Assembly (NCBI GenBank): GCA_030141605.1
Contig: JAQGDQ010000723.1
Coordinates: forward strand, 43,612-107,611
Direction of reading: 5' to 3'
Source of the DNA: Tubiluchus corallicola
Lineage: Eukaryota; Animalia; Priapulida
Length of the DNA: 64,000 bases
The notes below the pieces were generated by a model, which did no database searches, was not told the origin of the DNA, and saw only the letters and a list, made by a program, of their open reading frames with translations. Positions 55,165 to 64,000 of this stretch are shown here, one piece after another (the first letter of the stretch is position 1; every line of letters begins with the position of its first letter). A program made the translations under genes and the position numbers.

Positions 55165-55536
55165 TAGGGGCGAGCATCGATTCGATTCGAACGAGTTTTT
55201 TAGTTCGAACTCTATTCGAATCCAAAACTATAGATTTGAATAATTCACCACTTCAGTCACATACGTTCTTTTTCATTAAAACAATTGAAACATCATGCAA
55301 TTGGCATAATTTAGCTGTGATTTCTGTGCACAATTTTATACCAATTACTAATCGTTTTATTGCAGAACAAAATCTAGTGATATGCATGATCTTTGTAAGA
55401 CAAATTTTTACTGGTGGTTCGAAAATCTATCAATCTCAATTCGAGTTCGAAACACAAGTTCGGTTCGATTCGAATTCGAAAGTCACAAATTCGGTTCGAT
55501 TCGAATTCGCTTTCTGGTAGAGAATGTTCACCCCAA
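55165..55536. mobile_element. hAT MITE with 8-bp TSD, nested in the Ginger element
   Basis: Termini TAGGGGCGAGCAT / ATGTTCACCCCAA, TTACAGAG at 55157-55164 and 55537-55544, TTCGA subterminal repeats. Confidence 0.85.
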
Positions 55537-57809
55537 TTACAGAGTCGGTAACATCCAATCAGGTGGTGAGCCATCAATTTGGTATCATCATTAGCACTCA
55601 TAACAACAGGCTGCATAACACGACTTCAATGTTTGACATTTTCCTGTAGTATTGTTTCATTTCAATACTATTCATTTCACCACTATTATAACCATACTGC
55701 TGAACAACGCTAGAGTGCTAAATGCGTTGCTTTGTTACCAAACTCTCGTTCAGTGAACGAGTTAGAAGTCACCGCAAAACAATACCTACGTACTGCATGC
55801 TGAGTTAAACACCTGGTCAAGCAAGTTTTCATGACGCCAAACTGATGACAACTCAACCAACAAGCACAATTTTTAATAACATGAAGAAAATTTCACAGAA
55901 TTTTTAAAAATTTGACAAAATTACCGATTCTCGTGCCGCAATTACCGCTGCTCATGTACGACACTACTTTAGCACATGGGTTTTACCAGAAGTGTCCTAC
56001 TTGGGCTAGTGGATTACTCGGCGCCCTACAGGTGTGACTGATTGTCTGTAAGTAAAATTTTATGAGAACGTGACGATTTTGTTGATAGACTTTGATGTGA
56101 CGTGGAGATAAATCTAAATAAAATTTAGATTATATATTTAAAAAATTGGTAATCACTACTCAGTTTTATAATTACTAAATAAAGATGTCTGTGTTTACAT
56201 CATAGACTTTCCTGACGTACCAACCATTCAGTTTAAAAATGGGTATGAAACGTTAAAACCCAGGTATCTCGTCTTTAGCAGAGGTCGGGGAAAGGGGTAA
56301 TTTTCGCCTCAGCAATTTTTACTTTTTAGAATATCAAAAAATTGGGGCAAAAATAGATAATTACTAAATTAGCTAACTTAGTTTTTTCGGTACTACGGTA
56401 CTGAGCTTCATTACGAAGCTGATTGAACAGTTAGCCTTGAAGGAAAAAAGACACATTTGCTTGGTGTATTTCATTATTTTGTTTATTAATAAAAAATAAA
56501 AAAACAAAGTGACGGTATTCGTTTCGTACTTATAAAGCAGAAAACGCAACTTGTTTCTCGTTTTCCTCGTTTTATACTTATCCGCTTAAAGGGGGAATAT
56601 CATGAAAATCAAGTTAAACTTATTTTATAGTTGCCTATCCCGGAAACAACTTGGCCAAAAATTTTTAGCAGTACGTTGTCTAATTAATGAGTAATTAACT
56701 TTTTTGTATCTCGAGGGAAATGCCATCGAGCTGCACTTATGCCTCTCATGGTGAAAAAATTGAACTAGTGCAGCTCAGGCTGATGAGGTAACAGAGTGTA
56801 CCCGCAGCCTGTTGCATTACTGTCGTACACAACTGGGCTAAAAATAAAGCTGTTATTACTACATAACAGCATTTGACTTGGTTCGGATAGGTAGTCAGCT
56901 GATAGAAACGATCGTCGTTGCACTCGTTAACATGTTTTCATCAAAAGCGATATATTTTACTACCGTCGAAAGTTATAGGTCTATTATAGTATATTCTAAT
57001 AGAGGTAAACAATCGTTGCACAAAAGTAGGCCTACAGCACATTGTGAAAATTCTTGTGGCATTAATTAAAACAAAGCTAACAAAAGTTAAAATGAAACAC
57101 AAAAGACACTACAAAAAATTGCATCTGACTGAATCTCTCCGAAAGTGTAAGCACAATATTTTTAACACTAGAGTTCATCATGTTCTAAACTCACGATTTA
57201 AAGCAAAAAGCCGAGAAATTAACATACAGGCTGTAGGAGTGAAGCCAGGTTTTTAGATTGTACTTTCATTGCTTCAATAATTTTCTGTTGCTCATTGGAA
57301 ACTAAAAGTTATTATATTTTGGCTTCGTATTTCGATACTTTCCGTCTGACTGCTGCATCCGGTCTAATTGCTGAATCTTAGTGTAACACATTCCAAGACT
57401 GTTTTTCAATAAGAACAATCAAGACCGAAACCTAGCAAATCACGCATTCAGGTCACAATAAGCTCATCTTTACCGTGATACCGTCACTAGGTATAATCTG
57501 CGTAAAAGTACTGTATGCTAAATGCTGTTTGTCGATGTAAACAAATACTCAAACAAGTGTTGAGTACAATCGTTCTCCCCTTGGGAATTTTGCCAAGTTT
57601 CGTCTGTAGTACGGCAATTTCGCCACCAGAGGCGCAGATGCAGATACATGCTCATCGGCGGCCTAGTCAAATGTTCGTTTTGTGTACAATTTTATCCGAA
57701 CTTTTGCCGAATATAAAGCGATATCTTTTACTGCCGTCGAAAGCATAGGTCCATTTTAGTATATTCTAATAGATGTGTAAACAATCATGTGCAAAAGTAG
57801 ACTGTCTCG

Positions 57810-59370
57810 TTGTAGCTGTTGTTTTTGCCAATGCCGATTTTCGCAGTGCCGGAACCGGGGACTTCGGTGACTGCAGACTGCGCATCACATTACGGTGTAG
57901 GATAGTTTCACCAAATTCAAGGCTTTTGTAGCTTTCCATGACAGTACTGCACCTGTCATGTGTGGTATAATGTGGAATAAGTCCTCGAACCATTTATCTT
58001 CCAGCATAATTTTGCACGGGAGTGTGCCAACAACAGTAACATGGTGACCATCTGGCTGGTGCACTGGTTTGTCATGTTGGCGGTATTTTCACCCAATGCA
58101 TAAAGAAAGTCTAGGCCACCAGCACAAACAGAAGCCCCAGTGTCAGGCAACATGTTGTATAGAATGTTCCCATTCAATGATGTCACTTTAACTTTTACTG
58201 TTGGTGGATTTTCTTGCGCGGCCACCTGAAATAATCCAGTCAGCTGAATTTCACTGAGCTGGCCTTCAGTTCTCCGAGGCTGAAATGAAGATTTTTTAGT
58301 TTTGCTGCGACAAACAGCTTGAAAATGATTAAGCTTACCGCAGTTACCACATGTCTTGCCCTTTGCTGGACAACGGTCACGTGATGTGTGCAAAGAACCA
58401 CAGTTGCCACAAACCTTGGCACACTGCGAAGTGCTTGCAGTTTGTGCGCCTTGCTGTACAGATTTATAGCGTTTATACTGACTTTTAGATCTTGCTGCGG
58501 TTTTATTAATCATTGGCACTGACTTAATTTGTTCACAGTGTTGTTTGGCTGCCTCATCAACACGGTAAATTCTTACTGCATGTTCAAGTGTCAAATTGTC
58601 TTGCGACAATAATTTGCGAATAGTACCTCCGTCACAAATGCCCACCACAATGCAATCGCAGATCAAGGATGGTAGGCAAGTGTCACAAAATTCGCAGGAC
58701 TTTGCTAACTCGTGGATATCAGTGATGAGATTGTCTGCATATTCACCTTCACGTTGTACAAGTTGATGAAAGTTACGCCGTTCAACCACAACATTGATTT
58801 GACCACGAACATAGCGTTCTATTTCGTGTAAAATGCGAGGTACATTTTGCTTTTCTGCATCAGGAAGTCCAAGGTTAAGAATAACCTTAAGCGTGTCATC
58901 ACTGCAATTTACAATCAAGGCATTGTACTGCGTTCGATTTTGAGCTGTACTTAGGCCTGACAATTCAAAATAAGAATCCCACTTGGTTCTCCATAAATGG
59001 AATTGCTCTCCCCTATGAATGCTGAGATCCAGCATATCAGGCCGTGCGATAGATGCTGTCCGAAAATCGAAAGTATGTACCACTGCTGGCGGAGCATTAC
59101 CATCAGGTACGTTAACATTACCTTCCGTGTCGAAGTAGTATCCCTTCCTGCCCTCGTTCGTTAGCTCGCAGCACCATGTTTTATTCCCAAAGACACGAAC
59201 ACTTATTTAAGTTGCTTGGAAATATTATTATGAGTAAGTTTTATGAGATTACATAAGATACATTTAGAATGGAAAGCAACACAAGATGGCCCACTCTGTC
59301 ATCATTTCTTAACCAGAAAACGCACGGGCAGAACTATTAACGCAAAACCCGCACAATGCTAATTTTCACA
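57810..59370 (-). mobile_element. Gypsy (Mag-like) fragment: probable 5' LTR, PBS, gag and protease start
   Basis: ACA followed by TGGTGCTGCGAGC (PBS, 59176-59164). Gag has NVVVERRNF, two zinc knuckles (CGNCGSLH...C; CGNCGKLNHFQAVC) and protease DTGA. Both outer boundaries are uncertain. Confidence 0.85.
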
Positions 59371-60740
59371 TAGCCTGGTTAGCCTTTTCTAAAATTCACC
59401 ACCCATGAATTCATGGCAAAACTATTGAATTTCCTGTTCTGTATCTCATCCTAGAGGATTTTCCTTGTTAATGACATAGGTCTCAGTCATAATTATTTTG
59501 TCAACTATTATTTAGGGTACTTATTAACTTTTATCAAACATTAGTGCAAACAGCTGAGAAACTGTAGAAATTAGTCTTATTGACATTTAGTGTCACTGGT
59601 TGTCAAGACTTTAAACACGACACTGCCAATATGCTTCAATAGAGACAGACCTACCCTTCAGGTTAAGCTTGCTAATCTCGCCTAGTTTTTGCACCTATGA
59701 ATGTCAGAGTGTGTCCGAGAGCCGCCTCCGTTTTCATTCCACATCATTTTCAATCTTAGTTTTAAAATTATAAATTGAAGGTGTCTATTATTATTACATT
59801 TCTCAAACAAAATGTGATCGAAAGAAAAGAATCAAGAAACTTAGCTCAGATTTGAACAAGACAATATAAGAATTGTGGTTTCATCTGGCTGCTTCTATAT
59901 CTGTGTTTTTTTCTTAATAGTGGCTATGTATGAGTATGAGTTTGAGTTTTGTATGAGTTCTAACGGTCAAGTTGTGCTTACAATTCTAACTGATACAGTT
60001 ATCATAGGTCTCACACTAGAAACATCTCAAAATATATCACTATTTCAATGATCATGCATTTCAAGAGTTCTGCTACTATAAAAATATAAAATTTTATTTA
60101 TGATACTAACACAATAATCACTTTATTTTATTATTAAGTACGATTTTATAATATTCAGATATATCATTGTATTTACCTGCTTCTTATGCCATAAACTATC
60201 ATTCTAGAAATTTATTATATTAGCTTGGCTATGAGTTATCTAGAGAGAATTGATCTCTGAACCCAAGTTGTTTGAAGAGTAGAATGCAAACCTACTATGC
60301 TGTTATATGCTTTTATGACCTTAGGTCTTATTCTGCGGATGACTAATACGATGTGAAATCCACTCGTCTGTCTATGCGGATGACTAATACGATGTGAAAT
60401 CCACTCGTCTAATCTCAAATTTGGAAGTAACGTGCAGTTCACTTTCCATGTATAGCAAGTATGCGAGGCTTATACGTATTTTAGTTTTGAATCGTAAATT
60501 TATTCATAGATAGTTTTAGAAGATCTACAATCAAATTTTGAACTCTCACAATAAATTCATTTTTATTGATTTAATCCATGAACTGTGTGGTTTATTTGTT
60601 GTTTTTTACCTTACATTTAGTACTGTTTGAATTTCAAGAAATGCCAGTATATCTGTACTAGATATCATTAGCATGACAAATTTGGTTGAAAGTATTCACC
60701 TATTGTTAATTCCTGTATCGCGTTTTTTACAGTTTCTATC

Positions 60741-60871
60741 ATGGCTATGATGTTGAGGCGAATCAGACATTTACGTTTCAAGTCACCGTTATGGATGCTG
60801 ACTTTGTCATTGTTGTTTGTGCTGTTAATAACTTTATCAAGCCACGGCGACAAAGTCATTCATGTTGCTAG
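60741..60871 (+). CDS. First coding exon of probable DUF229-family protein (type II signal anchor)
   Basis: MAMMLRRIRHLRFKSPLWMLTLSLLFVLLITLSS is a basic stretch followed by a hydrophobic one. TTTTACAG acceptor ends at 60732; the AG|GTAAG donor is phase 2 and joins in frame to 63585. Confidence 0.7.
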
Positions 60872-60918
60872 GTAAGCTAGTACTGTACATTAATACCCAG
60901 TGATAAAACTAGTCTATT

Positions 60919-61558
60919 CTCTGACGTATTCACAACAGGTTTGGACTCGGACTGTCTTGCTTTAGGCTTTGTGTCTTGGCTCTGACGTATTCACAACAGG
61001 TTTGGACTCGGACTGTCTTGCTTTAGGCTTTTTGTCTAGGCTCTGATGTATTCACAGCAGATTTGGACTCGGACTGTCTTGCTTTAGGCTTTGTGTCTAG
61101 GCTCTGATGTATTCACAACAGGTTTGGACTCGGACTGTCTTGCTTTAGGCTTTGTGTCCAGGCTCTGATGTATTCACAGCAGATTTGGACTCGGACTGTC
61201 TTGCTTTAGGCTTTGTGTCTAGGCTCTGATGTATTCACAGCAGATTTGGAGTCGGACTGTCTTGCTTTAGGCTTTGTGTCTAGGCTCTAATGTATTCACA
61301 GCAGATTTGGACTCGGACTGTCTTGCTTTAGGCTTTGTGTCTAGACTCTGATGTATTCACAGCAGATTTGGACTCGGACTGTCTTGCTTTAGGCTTTGTG
61401 TCTAGGCTCTGATGTATTCACAACAGATTTGGACTCGGACTGTCTTGCTTTAGGCTTTGTGTCTAGACTCTGATGTATTCACAGCAGATTTGGACTGTCT
61501 TGCTTTAGGCTTTGTGTCTAGGCTCTGCTGTATTCACAGCAGATTTGGAGTCGGACTG
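60919..61558. repeat. 61-bp minisatellite (~10.5 units), intronic
   Basis: Unit CTCTGATGTATTCACAGCAGATTTGGACTCGGACTGTCTTGCTTTAGGCTTTGTGTCTAGG. Confidence 0.98.
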
Positions 61559-61970
61559 TTGGTGTGGTTGCTTGTATTTGGGAAAGCGTACCCTTAGGAT
61601 TGCTCTTCCTCCATTGCATTAACAGTTTAATTTATTAGTAGGTTATTTAAAAAATTATAATTTAATTAGTAGCAATTTTACTGACTTTGCATTGTGTTAT
61701 GCTAAATTTGCATATTGTACTTTTTGGAATAATTTAACAAACCAACCAGACCAAACCAATTCAATAAACCACTCTGCTGCTGCTACTACTATTGTTAATA
61801 ATAATTCTTACTATGGGCATTTTTTTGGAAAAATTTGACCTTGTATTTGAAACATAGAAGATGCAACATTCCATACAAGCTAATGATATCAGCAATGAAA
61901 ACTTAATGCTTTGCGTTTCTTGTAAAGTCCATAAGTCCATCGTTTATATTTTAAATTTATAAAAAATCCT

Positions 61971-62900
61971 GTTATTCTACCATGTAAAGTTTGTAGTGCC
62001 GGCCTTTGTATTACCCGAATGGGTGTCTTATTATTGACCACGTAAAGTTTGTAGTCCGGTCTGTGTATTACCAGAATGGGTGTTCTATTATTCTAGCACA
62101 TAAACTTTGTAGTGCCGGTCTTTGTATTACCAGAATGGGTGTTCTATTATTCTACCACATAAACTTTATAGTGCCGGTCTTTGTATTACCAGAATGGGTG
62201 TTCTATTATTCTACCATGTAAACTTTGTAGTGCCGGTCTTTGTATTACCAGAATGGGAGTTCTATTATTCTACCACGTAAAGTTTGTAGTGCTGGTCTGT
62301 GTATTACCAGAATGGGTGTTCTATTATTCACCACATAAACTTTGTAGTGCTGGTCTGTATATTACCAGAATGGGTGTTTTATTATTCTACCACATAAACT
62401 TTGTAGTGCCGGTCTTTGTATTACCAGAATGGGTGTTCTATTATTCTACCACGTAAAGTTTGTGGTGCCAGTCTGGGTATTACCCGAATGGGTGTCTTAT
62501 TATTGACCACGTAAAGTTTGTAGTCCGGTCTCTGTATTACCAGAATGGGTGTTCTATTATTCTACCACATAAACTTTGTAGTGCCGGTCTTTGTATTACC
62601 AGAATGGGTGTTCTATTATTCTACCATGTAAACTTTGTAGTGCCGGTCTTTGTATTACCAGAATGGGTGTTCTATTATTCTACCACGTAAAGTTTGTAGT
62701 GCTGGTCTGTGTATTACCAGAATGGGTGTTCTATTATTCTACCACGTAAACTTTGTAGTGCCGGTCTGTGTATTACCCGAATATGTGTCCTATTATTGAA
62801 CCATGTAAAATTTGTGGTGCCAGCCTGTGTATTACCGGAATGGGTGTCCTATTATTGTACCACGTAAAGTTTTTTGGGCCCGCTTGTGTATTACCAGAAT
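61971..62900. repeat. 59-bp minisatellite (~16 units), intronic
   Basis: Unit TTATTCTACCACATAAACTTTGTAGTGCCGGTCTTTGTATTACCAGAATGGGTGTTCTA. Confidence 0.98.
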
Positions 62901-63584
62901 TTTGCTGCTTATCATACTATGGAGCTGGTGTCATATTACAATGCAGTAAGCCCACTATTATTGAAACTTTATCAAACAAATTTAGCCAAAAGAAGAGAAA
63001 GTAAAGGATTGGTGCTTAGGTGTTAATACCTTGAGTTCCTCAATTAACTTTAGCCCTTTCGTTCCCAATGTATTTAGTGGGATAGGAGAACTTTTTCTGC
63101 CTTTAAATTTAATTAAATTTTAAAACTGACTGTTATTAAATCTGTTAATAGTTATTTTGATTTAAGATAATAACAATAAGCTGAAAATTGTGACAAAATG
63201 GCAAACTAGAAAATTTGCTTAGCCTAAAAACAGTACTTTAGAGATGACTTTGTGCATATCGGCATAGCATGCATACTAAATAGCTTAAATACTTAAAAAT
63301 ATATCAGCAGCTGTAATATGAAGCACATTTAGTGAAGTATGTTGATATTACTACATCTACTACAATGCCGTGTAAACAATGCCTCTCTCGAGTCCCTTTC
63401 CAGTTTATTCATTGTACTGCTTCACTACAAATTAGTGTATAGAAAAATAGCAAGGTGGTTCAACAGACTATAAAGATCAACTGCACTAAAGATGGCAAAT
63501 CCTAAGTGGCAATTGCAATGACATAAAGAAATTCACATTACCTGTAGTTTTTCATCATTTCTAATATCACTTTTTGATCGTCAG

Positions 63585-64000
63585 GTTTGCAGAGATGAGA
63601 GATGGTGTAAGACATGCAGTAAACAAGGCGCAGGACACCATTTTCTCGAAAATCTTGCAAGCTGTACAAGGAACGGTAGGGAAGAACAGCACAGTTTGCA
63701 GGCGACCAAAACTTGACTTGTATAACGAAGCAATAAAAGATCTCTTTTACTCTCCAGAACCATTGAAATGTGAAGGAGAAGAACTTATGAAAGCCGTAGA
63801 TGTGCCTTTTGGAGACGGCAAACAGCTGAAGTTGGATAAGAGATTGTTAGCTGGGCGAGAATTAGATAGATGTGTGTACTTAGCAGTAGAGCGTATTAGT
63901 GATGACTATTATAGATATTCGGAGCCTTTGGAAATAACAAATAAACCATTTGAAGTGAATGTAAAACATGATTTTTTTCGAATATTGTGTTTCTTGAAGT
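63585..64000 (+). CDS. Second coding exon (partial) of probable DUF229-family protein
   Basis: After a CAG acceptor, 138 codons are open to the window end: CRRPKLDLYNEAIKDLFYSPEPLKC...CVYLAVERISDDYY...HDFFRILC. This matches the Cys pattern I recall for DUF229 N-termini. Not present in the ORF track. Confidence 0.72.

Larger units (their letters stand above)
51647..56030 (-). mobile_element. Ginger-type (KRBA2/SCAND3-like integrase) DNA transposon with nested insertions
   Basis: About 40-bp TIRs TGTTGGGACCCGAGTAAGTCACTAGCCCAAGTAGGACACT / TGTAGGGCGCCGAGTAATCCACTAGCCCAAGTAGGACACT, TSD GGTGT (51642-51646, 56031-56035). Integrase remnant GRASHSQSQGVVERGN within 54653-54038. Confidence 0.85.

Noticed and set aside
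56727-56812. Hammerhead at CTGATGAG and nearby hairpins
   Set aside because: No downstream GAAA core. The hairpins more likely belong to a repeat starting TTAA-AGG at ~56586 whose other end I could not find.
59850-59965. Hydrophobic reading frame as an alternative first exon of the DUF229-like gene
   Set aside because: No clear start or strong splice sites. The 60741-60871 exon fits better.
60919-62900. CRISPR arrays or coding repeats
   Set aside because: 61- and 59-bp units are not multiples of 3, have no spacers, and lie within an intron.

Overview
AT-rich, intron-containing animal (invertebrate) genomic DNA. I can reconstruct three host genes. (1) goosecoid, + strand, 3 coding exons over 2659-15596, about 246 aa, with an eh1 motif and a K50 paired-class homeodomain. 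(2) SIVA1, - strand, 4 coding exons over 26330-23543, about 168 aa, lying tail-to-tail with gsc. (3) The 5' part of a probable DUF229-family type II membrane protein gene, + strand, from 60741 and running off the window. Between the divergent SIVA1 and DUF229-like genes is a ~27 kb block (about 31.9-59.4 kb) packed with decayed and partly nested transposons: several hAT lineages, two piggyBac, two pogo, a Ginger-type element, two Gypsy/Mag fragments and LINE pieces. Every recognisable transposon ORF in that block is on the minus strand. This is the pattern expected of a uni-strand (flamenco-like) piRNA cluster or of a long transcribed intron, and it is the main finding. Other notable items: a TSD-flanked retroposon headed by a full-length 5S rRNA in gsc intron 2, a Penelope-type inverted repeat with a degenerate hammerhead core upstream of gsc, a Ginger-type element/MITE pair with 5-bp TSDs, a hAT-like fragment resembling non-metazoan proteins, and three minisatellites. 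All family assignments come from motif recognition by eye, not from database searches.
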